64,000 nucleotides of DNA from a virus (taxonomy: Duplodnaviria; Heunggongvirae; Uroviricota; Caudoviricetes): the IMG/VR virus record IMGVR_UViG_3300039159_000198; one strand, given 5' to 3'. Shown one piece after another: positions 18,701 to 28,243 of this stretch (the first letter of the stretch is position 1; every line of letters begins with the position of its first letter). Made by a program: the position numbers and the translations under genes. The notes beneath the pieces were generated by a model. That model was not told the origin of the DNA, did not search any database, and was given only the letters and a program-made list of their open reading frames with translations.

Positions 18701-20783
18701 TTCAGGGATTAAATCAAATTTGACGGCACCTGTAAGTCCAACAACACCTCAATATACGACAATTGTTGAAGAAAATAAAATTTTAAAGACTGTTAAAGAA
18801 GAAGTTGTTACTCAAGAATATAACCCAAGAGATAATATTACTAAACGAGTTTTAAGGGCTTTATTGTCGGAGTGTGATTATTTTGAAACAATTAAAGAAG
18901 AAACACCAATGGTTTATGATAACCTTAGGGATAAGTTAAAATTCTTCCAACCGGCATTTCACTCAACAACACCTGAAGGGTTAAATTCTCGTCTTACATT
19001 TTTACAACAATGTATGAGACCTGGAGATACTATTCCAACGGTTAAAGATATTGGTGGTAAACAACAATTACAATTTAATAATGCTACAAACACATCATTT
19101 GGGGCACCACCAGTATTGGTATTAAGAATTGGTGATTTTTATAATACTAAAATTATTCCAAGAACTTTGGGATTACAATATGAGGCGTTGGATATAAACC
19201 CGGAAGGTATTGGTATCCAACCTATGATTGCAAATGTGACACTTTCATTTGATTTTATTGGGGGAAGTGGATTAAAAGACTCAATTGATAAGTTACAAAA
19301 TGCACTAACATTTAACTATTATGCTAATACTGAAATTTGGGATGATAGGGCGGATGTTACAGCTCAAGAAGATTTCTTAAAAGTTCTTGATAAAGAATTT
19401 TTGGCAATGGCGTCACCACCGCAAGCACCGGCAATTAATCAGGCTGCGGTTGAAAATGGGCAAAGTAATAATAGTGCTATTGGTGTTACAGTTACAAATG
19501 TTGTTACCTCTATTGGTGAAACAGGTACTCTTAACTATTCTGACTTTATGGTTAAGTTTGTTAATGAAACACAAACTTATTTCCAAACGGTTGTGAACAA
19601 AATAAAAGAAAGTTCTAATCAGTATAACAATGCAGTGAGACAACAATGGATGTTAGAGAGGTCATTTACTCAGGGTAATTTTGGTGTTAACTCAACTAAA
19701 TCAGTTTTATTTGGTAAACCAAGTAATGTTGAAAAAAGGTTTGATACTATTTTTGAAGAATTATCTTCAAATATCCAAAATGGTAATGAAGGGTTTATTA
19801 AATTTATGTCGTTAGAGACTAATAATTTTACACCAAAAGTTATTCGTCAATTAAAAGAAAATTATAAAAATTTAGTTAAAAATAAAAGAGCATCATATCA
19901 AAGTGCGATAACAAAAATTACTCAAGATATAACAACAACTGAACAGACATACATTCAAACAATTGGAAGGGCTAATGTTATAATTTTTAATGGAACTACA
20001 ATTTATACTAGTGGTACCGATGGGTTTCAGGCTAAATCAGGTCCTGTAAGAATATATGCAACTAGTGGGACTACTGATGTTCATACCTCATCGACAGGTG
20101 CATCAAATACCTTAGTTGAGTTATCAAATGATATTAGAAAAATTTATGATAATATTCAGGAATTTAATGATTTAATTTGGAGTAAATCTAATTTTGTTAA
20201 TACTTCGGATGGTTTAACTTATGAGGGTGTTTTAGTATTTGAAACCGATACTAAAGGAAAGAGTGTAGACACAACGGTGACTGTTGATAATATATTTAAA
20301 CCATTTAGCAAAAATACTCAATTTGAAGATAATATTTTTAGAAGAGTTTATATGATTGTATCGGATGATATTGTTGATGATAAAAAATATGAAACATTTA
20401 AAACGGCGATGATTGGTAATATTATTAATAATCCCGGATTATTAAGTGGTGGAATGGACGACATCGAATCAAAATTTAATTCTTATTGGATTACTCAAAC
20501 TAAACCATTATTTGTGAATGAAAATAATCTTACCAAATTATTTATTGATGAGGTTGAGAAAAACAAGTTAAAAAATTATTTGAAATATACACCATTTGAT
20601 AGAAAAACTAGAGTATTCAGTTATACTACGGAGACTGATGGTGGTGATAATATCAAAAAATCACAAAAAACAATGATTTCATCATTAGCGGATACAACAA
20701 ATAGAAATACTGATAACAATAAATGGAATTCTGAAGATGGGGTTTCTGCGGGAGCGTATATCTCAAAAGTAAAACTTAATTAA
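15717..20783 (+). CDS. Large tail/baseplate protein with tube-initiator-like segments and an inserted OmpA-like domain
   Basis: W..TDFLGRPEPIYTY.N..R and GAPPVLVLRIGDFY segments flank YFGND...YNQELSARRIESA...AFGE...CRR (OmpA-C-like). Confidence 0.6.
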   Translation: MPNSSLDYVNSNGFRNRLITRNLVPYAKSPNRPSVQVPYEYIQSDLSVIDSPDQLIDVSSFANQLYPLNQYGNEGGYNQVPDPNGLTNTVSNQGEYGPGQQDAHIVTEGYDAVRLWRPLNAYADGLNVFDSAESFSSLDTVRPDQDRQGNGQPYPGSIVASSYSPLSILLSTNPTGSNGNISQDSYIARLGAQTLRNEFQERIAARLRLETIGQANILNVTSGTDLVNILSGQVPILEPNWQISVPSNPITAAADFALRLGGSILPISLIPGSYFDPSINPGQPTTIQQVTNAIAGTTVGNFFNQLLGAGQTGSQIFYNNTGAGQKSRLFKNIDFNKYKPHYERGVFDRVAGALTGTLSNNSNFYIGSTNSNPSRIFSPGGDLPVDQFGKEQQSPVYGPQELAQLYEGPSKDIRLGANGPTYSDGGGIEGGFTWTSPKYKDNAGKKVGLGGLITGEDQNFKPSSFNTTESTNRVFKGGSILDETQRLINSQPQGGRRLQHVGNAIDQVSKVFNDGYKEITKGSKVYRYVGAVGQEVGTEYCRIFAKDVPYLQYNNLQKTDGITTSGRRFSDSVFDNTYNLNIAPNKQEGGQDSTNLIGGMNNGYAKKYMFSLENLAWRTSSTPGFSVSDLAICERGPNGGRVMWFAPYGLVFSEQVSANWNQTDFLGRPEPIYTYKNTNRTGSLTWKVVVDHPSALNVVVNKILSNETNKVRIDSILESFFAGCRKYDLYELAKKYYMVNPNDLYQLQEAISSKETTKEQTEYIKKTVQTGVNSPTGADVSVSQSGGGGNSQNLFNKYQNLGFYFGNDYPKKNQSVPNYSVEYDRYTSKSNTDYYNTKPNAEQTSNVFKTVVTPNYEIIKQFTIDLANQLKQNTGTVTITIDSSCSAPASVKYNQELSARRIESAIKFFNENSNIKQYIDNKRLIVVPGKAFGESTVTQPLASKTGVGPFTVETLTPKSTVNCTNEDSTVIGGDTQVGGNDVFTYGAMACRRAYISGIKSNLTAPVSPTTPQYTTIVEENKILKTVKEEVVTQEYNPRDNITKRVLRALLSECDYFETIKEETPMVYDNLRDKLKFFQPAFHSTTPEGLNSRLTFLQQCMRPGDTIPTVKDIGGKQQLQFNNATNTSFGAPPVLVLRIGDFYNTKIIPRTLGLQYEALDINPEGIGIQPMIANVTLSFDFIGGSGLKDSIDKLQNALTFNYYANTEIWDDRADVTAQEDFLKVLDKEFLAMASPPQAPAINQAAVENGQSNNSAIGVTVTNVVTSIGETGTLNYSDFMVKFVNETQTYFQTVVNKIKESSNQYNNAVRQQWMLERSFTQGNFGVNSTKSVLFGKPSNVEKRFDTIFEELSSNIQNGNEGFIKFMSLETNNFTPKVIRQLKENYKNLVKNKRASYQSAITKITQDITTTEQTYIQTIGRANVIIFNGTTIYTSGTDGFQAKSGPVRIYATSGTTDVHTSSTGASNTLVELSNDIRKIYDNIQEFNDLIWSKSNFVNTSDGLTYEGVLVFETDTKGKSVDTTVTVDNIFKPFSKNTQFEDNIFRRVYMIVSDDIVDDKKYETFKTAMIGNIINNPGLLSGGMDDIESKFNSYWITQTKPLFVNENNLTKLFIDEVEKNKLKNYLKYTPFDRKTRVFSYTTETDGGDNIKKSQKTMISSLADTTNRNTDNNKWNSEDGVSAGAYISKVKLN

Positions 20784-21106
20784 TGGCATTTCAATATTGG
20801 AATAGGTATAGTGAATTTTTAATTAACGGTGAACAAACCGTCGTACCTTACGTGCAGTTACCTCAAAAACCTACAGATAAGGTGTATATCTATAAGGTTG
20901 GTAGAAGTAGGTTAGATAAAATATCTCAGGAGTATTATAACTCACCTTATTTTGGATGGTTAATACTTCAAGCTAATCCACAATTCGGTGGATTGGAAAA
21001 TACGATATATGACGGCAGTCTCTTGATAATTCCTTTCCCATTACTACCTTCATTACAGGACTATAAAGGAGCGTTAGAAAATCATTTTTATTATTATGGC
21101 AGGTAA
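20783..21106 (+). CDS. Baseplate wedge LysM-like protein (gp53/gpX-like)
   Basis: RLDKISQEYYNSPYFGWLILQANP...LIIP motif. Confidence 0.8.
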   Translation: MAFQYWNRYSEFLINGEQTVVPYVQLPQKPTDKVYIYKVGRSRLDKISQEYYNSPYFGWLILQANPQFGGLENTIYDGSLLIIPFPLLPSLQDYKGALENHFYYYGR

Positions 21107-24100
21107 CTTAAGAGCAGACAACAATGGTGATATATTAGTTGAGTTTGACTACAACAATATTATTGTTGTTGACCCAAACAAGACAATTGATACCACAGGT
21201 AAAATACAAGAAAGATTAATTGACCATGAGAGTTTAGTTATGTTCGCAAATTTGGAGGCAGAATTACTTCCAAGAACTAAACTTGCTGTTGGGGGTAGTC
21301 CTGAAGACCGAATTAGAACCATATCGGTTGCTAAAATGAATTTCTTAAAACCGACTAAAGACAGTTTTTTAAGTACTGGATACATTGATGAAATCACTGG
21401 TGAAAATTCGACTAAATTCAAAGGACAAAATCAAATGTTGTCTAAACTTGAGACACCTCAAAATGGTGAAAAACCATATTGGAACGATTCTCCATTAAAT
21501 TTAAAAGATGTCCTTGATAATGGGTTACTTGGAATTACAAGTATTAATGTTACAACTAATTCGTCTTTTGTTCCTTCAGTTAAAATGATGTTGGAAGATG
21601 TTCAGGGAAAGGCTTTATTCTCATTAGGGAATAATTCCCCATACTCAGCCTTTTTTAATTTACCTTACCCACCATTTTATTTAACATTAAAAGGTTATTA
21701 CGGTCAAGCGGTTAGGTACCAATTAAATTTGGAAAAATTTCATGCAACTTTTAACGGTATGACGGGTAACTATCAAGTTAGTTTAGATTTTAAGGGATAT
21801 AAGTTTAATGTTTTAAATGAAATTTCTATGGGTCACCTATTGGCGGTTCCTCATATGTATGGACAAACATTCAATATTTCTACAACTCCAAAAGGTACTC
21901 AAGAGTCTAATAAATCTGCGGAATCTCAATCTAAGGTTTCGGGTGTTGTGTCTAAGAATAATCCACAAAGTAATGATTCGGTTGTAACTCAAATTAATTC
22001 TGAAAGAGGATATCAAAAAATTGTTGAAGTTTATAGTGAATATAAGTCAAAAGGTTTAATTCCTATAGATTTACCCGAATTAACTCTATATCAATTAATG
22101 ACTAAGTTAAGTACTTTTGAAAATAATATTATGAATTCTTTTCCTAAGGCTAAAGTTATACCACTTACAAATATTCGAAATTATAAAGAAATTTTAAAAC
22201 AATATTTTGACTCAATTAGAGGTTCAAATGTTTCTTGGTTTAATAAATATCTTGACCCAAAACCAATTGTGTTAAATAACGTAAACCAAAATGTTTATGT
22301 GTTTAAAAAATTAGAACAAGTGGATAAAGATACTGCGACGACTTTACTTAAAAGCTATGTGGATAAATTTAATAAAGCTTTATCTGAAAATGAAACTTTA
22401 GGAAATAAAGGGTCATCGCCAATACCAAATCCAATTAAATTTGATAATTTTTTAGTGCCGACACCATCGAATGGTGATATAAATTGGGTTGATACCGTTA
22501 GAATTCAAACAGGTAAAGTATTACCAACGGAAGAAGATATTAGATTATTAAAGGAACAATTTGCTCAAGCTAATTTTCCTGTTTTAGTGTCACAAGAAGT
22601 TAATGGAAAACCAACATTAGATACGGTAAATCCCGGATTTTTTATATTTGAAGGACCAAACCGATTTGATAAACAAATATCGTTAATTGAAGCTGATGCT
22701 AATAAAAAATTATCGGAATATGAGACATCAATTTCTGCCGAATTATTACGAAAAATTGAAGATACTTCGGTAGGGTTAGGATTTAAACCAACTGTTAGAA
22801 ATATGATTGCGGTTGTTATGGCATCAGCTGAGGCGTTCATCCGTTTATTAGATGATGTTCATACAAACGCTTGGAATGTGAAATATGACCCAGTTAGGAA
22901 AAATGCGATTATGGATAATCCATCTTCAGCTCAAAGTTCGGAAACAAGACAAAAAGTTGCAATATCTAATAGTGCTATGCAATCAAAACAAGGATTATCT
23001 AATGCTGAAGAACCAGTATATCCATGGCCATTATTTTTTGTTGAAACTCCGGAAGATAAAAAAGGACGTTTTCAATTAAAATATATTGCAGACCCATCAG
23101 TTGTTAATTTAACTCAAGGTTACTTATACGATAAATGGCCGGAAGTTGAGTTTGTTGAGGAATATATGAAAGGTATTACTCAAAAATTTACGGTACCTAC
23201 TGAAGTACCTCCATTAGATAATGAAAGAGATACTAATAGAATTAATATAAATGCCATTGAGTTTCCATCCGCAGGGTTACCCTATGTCAATAAAGAAGAA
23301 GTTAAATTCTTTTATGAGATTTGGGAGAGACAATTTTTAACTTCTCATTATTCAGGTTTAATTCGTGCAAATTCTAAACAAATTGACGAATTAATTAAAT
23401 TAAATGTTGAGGCTGAAGTCAATAATATTGTTAAAGGTCTTGGGGTTAGTTCTCCGTATTTAACATTAAAACTTAAAAATTACAATTTAAAGGCTAATTC
23501 GTATCCAACATTTTTAAGTACTATATCTAACAACGGTACCGGATATGCATATCAGGATTATATTCGTGATTTTTTTGTAACGCCATATATTAAAAATTTG
23601 GTAAATAATTCATATAGTATATTATCAACAAATGATATTGGGAAAGTACCTCAGGTAACGACAAAATCATTAGCTCTTGAATTGTTATTGAAAAATGTCT
23701 CGAATGAGCCATTAATTGTTGATACGTTACCTTATACTGATTCTACTTGGTGTCTTAATAATTTAAGTTCAAGTAATAAATCTGTGGGTAATGAAGTATA
23801 TGATACTAAAAAAACTTTAAAGATTTTTGAACCAAGAAAAATTATATCAAACTTTAATGACATTTATGATTTTGCAACAAATAGACCTGTGACAAATTTT
23901 TCATTTTACCAAAATGAAAATCCTTCATTAGTTGCTTTAGAATATAGTTTATTAAATCCTTATGGGTTAAATAATTTTTATCTTAGTCGAGAACCTAAAA
24001 ATTTTATTGCGACTGAGGGGTATTGTGATTCTACAACACCAACAAATGGATTACCGTTTAAGACAACAACGTCTATTTTGAACACACCATATTTTGTTAA

Positions 24101-27100
24101 TTCAATTTTAAATGGCGTTCAAAACAATAGAACAAGTGACCCATATCCGTATGTCCAATCTGCTTATCTTTTTTTAAATTCACTACCTTTAGCAAGTTTA
24201 AGAGAAAGATATAAAACAAATGATGGTCAATCTGTTAGTGAATTAGATTATATTTCATCTTGCTTCAAGAAATTTGGTGCAATTCATAAATTACCTTATG
24301 CTTGGATATTAAAGTATGGGTCAATTTGGTATCGATATAAAAAACATAAAGAATCCAATGTAGATATTTTAACTACTGCTTGGACTAATTTTGATTATAA
24401 AACAAATTATAGTCCAATACTAAGTTCTGTCACTCAAAACTATCAGTTTAATTATAATAATAAACCAATTTCAATAACCTTACAGAGTGAGACTCCAACG
24501 ACCGTAAATATGAATGTTGGGTTTTATCCAAAAGTTATTAATGATTTTAATGTTTTTTACAATGGATTTGAATTATATGACAAATACACTGATACTGAAA
24601 TTGAAGATAGTGTTAAGAATGGTATGAAGTTGTATAATTTCGCGGGTTCTAATATATCTGCGAATCAAAATGGTAAAACGTTAAATCTTACAACATATTC
24701 GGTATTACTTAGTAGTAGTAACTATTATTCAGATATTAACTGTAATCCAATCAATAATACAAAAGGTACTGATTATTATGTCGTTCCGTCATTTGGTAAT
24801 GTATTAAATCAAACTAAAATTAGTTGTATTGATAATTTAACAACCTCGGACAATACTAAAGTTGATTTAACTTTTAATCCAAATGTTTATAATGGTTCAG
24901 TTAGGACTTTATGGTCTGCACCTAATTATGGTTATTTTGATAATAATCAAATTGCGTTTCCACAACCAGATTCATACATTAATTTAATCAATAGTAGTGA
25001 AACACAATCACCGATGTATTTTTTAAATGGTGATAATTATTCAAAAATCGAAGAAATATTTTCAGTTTTTGAGAAAAAAATATTAGATTCTTTTGAACAA
25101 GAATTTTTAAATTTTAGTAAACCAATTACAAACGCATCAACAGGTGATGAAGTAGCACAATTTGATACTTCTGTTGTCGATACGAATGCAACTTTTAAAA
25201 ATTTCCAATCATTGTTTAGAAATTTAATGACAGTTCCGGTTCAGGGTAATGGAGTATCGGAGGATAATTATTTTTCAAATACAATTGGGAACCAATATAG
25301 TGTCTTTCAGTCTGTTATTAAAAACTTTATGAATTATGATGTTCTGTTTAGATATGGTAATCCATCAAATTATAATAGAAGAATTTTTGATTCCTATTTA
25401 TCTCATAATAATGTACAAAAAGTCGTCGACCCAATTAAATTTCAACCGTATGTACAAAATACCTTACCAACTAAAACAAGTTCGTTAAGTCTTAGTCAGT
25501 CTCAATTATTAAACCCAAATGCTTGGATTACCCTTGAAACTGAGGTTGGATTTTCCACAATTAAAAATGTTGTTTATAGTAGTACTGGTTCATATATTAC
25601 AGATTTTTTTATTGATAATAATATTCAATTCACCGTAGAAAATGTTGTATTACTTGCTCCATTAATTAAGATGTATGCAACTCAAAAATTAAAAAACCCA
25701 AATATTACAGTTGCTCAATTTCAGGCTCAAATTAGTCAATACTTAACGGGTGAGAGTGTTTTACAAGATAATTTTTTAAATCTCGTTTTAGATGGTATTA
25801 GATTAAAATTACCAAACCAAGAACAATTACCGGAAAGAACAATTCAAAGTGTTATTGATGGTCAACAAAGTAAAGTTGAAAATTATGAAGTATTTAAGGC
25901 GTTAAACGATAAATGGATTTCAGGTGGCGACTATAAAAGTAAAACATTATTTGAGGATATTTTATTCTTAGATAGGGCATCAAGAAATATTGGGGATACT
26001 ATTTTATTAGATATTTTTGAAATGAAAAATTTATTTAGTAAAGAATCTTTAAATCCGGTTATGAGTGTTTTTACATTTGTTAGTGGACTGTTAATTAAAA
26101 ATAATTTTACAGTAATGAATTTACCGTCATATATTAATTTTTATAATGTACAGGATGTTGATGGGACTACAATACCAAACAAGGCTGAAGGTTCGTTGGC
26201 GTTCGCTAATAATATGTGGGGAACATTTTTAGATGTTGATTACAGAAAATCAAGTTCTAAGTTAGTTTGTTTTTATGTTGGAAAACCTTCACAATATTTA
26301 GAACTACCAAAAGGTAATTTTAGATTTAGAGATGATGCGTTTGATATGAGTCGAGCTTCCGAAAATCCTTTAATCGAAAATCAAGTTGGTAAAAAAGATT
26401 GGGGTATTTCAAATAAATGTGTTGGGTTTAGTGTTGATATTGGGAATAGAAATCAAAATGTGTTTTATTCTTTTAGTGTATCTCAAGATAATGGTATAGC
26501 TACTTCAGAGTCGATTGCTACTCAAATCAATATGGTTGACCAAGCTTCAGGTAAAAATGTTGCAACTCAAAATGCTAGTTTATATAATCTATACAAACAA
26601 AGAAGTTATAAATGTTCTGTTGTTTGTTTAGGTAATGCCCTATTACAACCAACAATGTATTTTAATTTAAGACATGTACCAATGTTTAATGGTCCGTATA
26701 TGATACAACAAGTGGAACATTCAATACAACCGGGTCAATTTCAAACCACTTTTCAAGGGATTAGACAAGGAGTTTTTGATTTACCGGCAATTGATAATTA
26801 TATTCAAAGTATTAATCAAAATTTATTAACTAAACTTGAGGAAGGTCTTAAAATTAAAAAAGATATTATTAATGTTTTAAGTGCGTCAACAAATAACAAT
26901 AAGATAAATAATACAGTTCAAAGTGCTAAAAATACTAAGGGGACAACAAATCAATGTGAGAGTCAAGTAAATGAGATTTATTTAGGTAAAAAGTTCCAAT
27001 CCACTAACGCGGTTCTAACACCTATCACTGAAAAAGAATTTGCGAACACACTTAAAAGAATTATGCCAAATAATCCAGAATTGGCAACAATAATTTATTG

Positions 27101-27947
27101 TATTTCATATCTTAGGACATTTCAAAAAGATAGTAATAGTAAATTGGGTAAATTTAATGGGTGGAACAATAACCTTTGCACTATTCCATTAACAATTAAT
27201 TATGGTTCAATTGATGGAACGTTTTTAAGTACATACTCTTGTGTTAATCTTAATCCAAATCCGTCAACAAAAGGTGCCACACCGATTGCTAATTTTGGGT
27301 CAATAGATAATTTTGTTTCATTCATGACTGCCAGATTACAAGAAAAAATACCTTTAGTATTGGATATAGGTCTTGTTAAGTTTTACGCTTGTTATTGGCC
27401 AACTAAAGAAAGTGCTGTTAGTGAATCATCATACGATACAAATACTAAAGAATACAAGCAAACAAAACAAACGTTTGATAACGCGTTGGATTCGGCTCTT
27501 AATGTTGGTATTGCAACTAAGGCAATTGTTGAAGATTTAAAAAATCAAATTAATGCTACGGATAAAAAAGCAGAAAATAAAGGGGTAATAACACCAATCG
27601 TTGTTGCGTCCAATATCTCTTGTCCTCCACCAGTTATTACTTCTTTTTCACCATTATCGGGAAATACGGGTACCATTGTTCAAGTTAATGGTGTTAGTTT
27701 TAATGGAACAAGTTCAATTATAGTTAATGGGGTTAATGTACCGTCATCCGGATTTACGGTGTATAACGATACAACCTTAAGATTTAATACCCCTAAAGTT
27801 GGTACTGTGGTTAATAAAGGTAAGATTAAAATTACAACACCAAATGGGGTAGTTACTAGTACGGATGATTTTACATTTGACCCCTTAATCGTTGCGTCAT
27901 CAGCATCATCTCCGGGTGGATATCAAAAGTCTCAAAATAGTGTGTAA
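21096..27947 (+). CDS. Very large baseplate hub-like protein with C-terminal IPT/TIG Ig domain
   Basis: LGITSINV...FYLTLKGYYG near the N-terminus, LGNALLQPTMYF.L...MFNGPYMI..V.HSI..G.F.T.F.G.R hub motif, PVITSFSPLSGNTGTIVQVNG IPT motif. Confidence 0.65.
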   Translation: MAGNLRADNNGDILVEFDYNNIIVVDPNKTIDTTGKIQERLIDHESLVMFANLEAELLPRTKLAVGGSPEDRIRTISVAKMNFLKPTKDSFLSTGYIDEITGENSTKFKGQNQMLSKLETPQNGEKPYWNDSPLNLKDVLDNGLLGITSINVTTNSSFVPSVKMMLEDVQGKALFSLGNNSPYSAFFNLPYPPFYLTLKGYYGQAVRYQLNLEKFHATFNGMTGNYQVSLDFKGYKFNVLNEISMGHLLAVPHMYGQTFNISTTPKGTQESNKSAESQSKVSGVVSKNNPQSNDSVVTQINSERGYQKIVEVYSEYKSKGLIPIDLPELTLYQLMTKLSTFENNIMNSFPKAKVIPLTNIRNYKEILKQYFDSIRGSNVSWFNKYLDPKPIVLNNVNQNVYVFKKLEQVDKDTATTLLKSYVDKFNKALSENETLGNKGSSPIPNPIKFDNFLVPTPSNGDINWVDTVRIQTGKVLPTEEDIRLLKEQFAQANFPVLVSQEVNGKPTLDTVNPGFFIFEGPNRFDKQISLIEADANKKLSEYETSISAELLRKIEDTSVGLGFKPTVRNMIAVVMASAEAFIRLLDDVHTNAWNVKYDPVRKNAIMDNPSSAQSSETRQKVAISNSAMQSKQGLSNAEEPVYPWPLFFVETPEDKKGRFQLKYIADPSVVNLTQGYLYDKWPEVEFVEEYMKGITQKFTVPTEVPPLDNERDTNRININAIEFPSAGLPYVNKEEVKFFYEIWERQFLTSHYSGLIRANSKQIDELIKLNVEAEVNNIVKGLGVSSPYLTLKLKNYNLKANSYPTFLSTISNNGTGYAYQDYIRDFFVTPYIKNLVNNSYSILSTNDIGKVPQVTTKSLALELLLKNVSNEPLIVDTLPYTDSTWCLNNLSSSNKSVGNEVYDTKKTLKIFEPRKIISNFNDIYDFATNRPVTNFSFYQNENPSLVALEYSLLNPYGLNNFYLSREPKNFIATEGYCDSTTPTNGLPFKTTTSILNTPYFVNSILNGVQNNRTSDPYPYVQSAYLFLNSLPLASLRERYKTNDGQSVSELDYISSCFKKFGAIHKLPYAWILKYGSIWYRYKKHKESNVDILTTAWTNFDYKTNYSPILSSVTQNYQFNYNNKPISITLQSETPTTVNMNVGFYPKVINDFNVFYNGFELYDKYTDTEIEDSVKNGMKLYNFAGSNISANQNGKTLNLTTYSVLLSSSNYYSDINCNPINNTKGTDYYVVPSFGNVLNQTKISCIDNLTTSDNTKVDLTFNPNVYNGSVRTLWSAPNYGYFDNNQIAFPQPDSYINLINSSETQSPMYFLNGDNYSKIEEIFSVFEKKILDSFEQEFLNFSKPITNASTGDEVAQFDTSVVDTNATFKNFQSLFRNLMTVPVQGNGVSEDNYFSNTIGNQYSVFQSVIKNFMNYDVLFRYGNPSNYNRRIFDSYLSHNNVQKVVDPIKFQPYVQNTLPTKTSSLSLSQSQLLNPNAWITLETEVGFSTIKNVVYSSTGSYITDFFIDNNIQFTVENVVLLAPLIKMYATQKLKNPNITVAQFQAQISQYLTGESVLQDNFLNLVLDGIRLKLPNQEQLPERTIQSVIDGQQSKVENYEVFKALNDKWISGGDYKSKTLFEDILFLDRASRNIGDTILLDIFEMKNLFSKESLNPVMSVFTFVSGLLIKNNFTVMNLPSYINFYNVQDVDGTTIPNKAEGSLAFANNMWGTFLDVDYRKSSSKLVCFYVGKPSQYLELPKGNFRFRDDAFDMSRASENPLIENQVGKKDWGISNKCVGFSVDIGNRNQNVFYSFSVSQDNGIATSESIATQINMVDQASGKNVATQNASLYNLYKQRSYKCSVVCLGNALLQPTMYFNLRHVPMFNGPYMIQQVEHSIQPGQFQTTFQGIRQGVFDLPAIDNYIQSINQNLLTKLEEGLKIKKDIINVLSASTNNNKINNTVQSAKNTKGTTNQCESQVNEIYLGKKFQSTNAVLTPITEKEFANTLKRIMPNNPELATIIYCISYLRTFQKDSNSKLGKFNGWNNNLCTIPLTINYGSIDGTFLSTYSCVNLNPNPSTKGATPIANFGSIDNFVSFMTARLQEKIPLVLDIGLVKFYACYWPTKESAVSESSYDTNTKEYKQTKQTFDNALDSALNVGIATKAIVEDLKNQINATDKKAENKGVITPIVVASNISCPPPVITSFSPLSGNTGTIVQVNGVSFNGTSSIIVNGVNVPSSGFTVYNDTTLRFNTPKVGTVVNKGKIKITTPNGVVTSTDDFTFDPLIVASSASSPGGYQKSQNSV

Positions 27948-28013
27948 TAATTTCAATAAAAATTAAAAATTAACTTATTCAAATAACAATATATTTATAA
28001 TAAAAACAATTTT

Positions 28014-28238
28014 ATGAACATAAAATCAGCATTAGACAACTACCTTGGCAAATCAACGAGATTTTCACAAGCGGATAACGGAGATGGAACACAACAAGTT
28101 TGTGATTTAGATACAGGTGATTGCTACACCGTAAGAGAAAGAGACGGACTTATTGAAAGAGCAGGACATCAAACTACTGTAAATAGAAAAGTTAGAGTAG
28201 AGACAGCGGGAGGAATTAAACAATTATTAAACGGATAA
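28014..28238 (+). CDS. Small hypothetical protein
   Basis: Preceded by the TATTTAT motif; CDLDTGDC motif. Confidence 0.75.
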   Translation: MNIKSALDNYLGKSTRFSQADNGDGTQQVCDLDTGDCYTVRERDGLIERAGHQTTVNRKVRVETAGGIKQLLNG

Positions 28239-28243
28239 TAAAA

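Noticed and set aside
6341-27947. Bacterial eCIS/tailocin locus rather than phage
   Set aside because: Tail genes are interleaved with phage-type SSB, UvsX, helicase, RNR and many homing endonucleases, with no cellular housekeeping genes.
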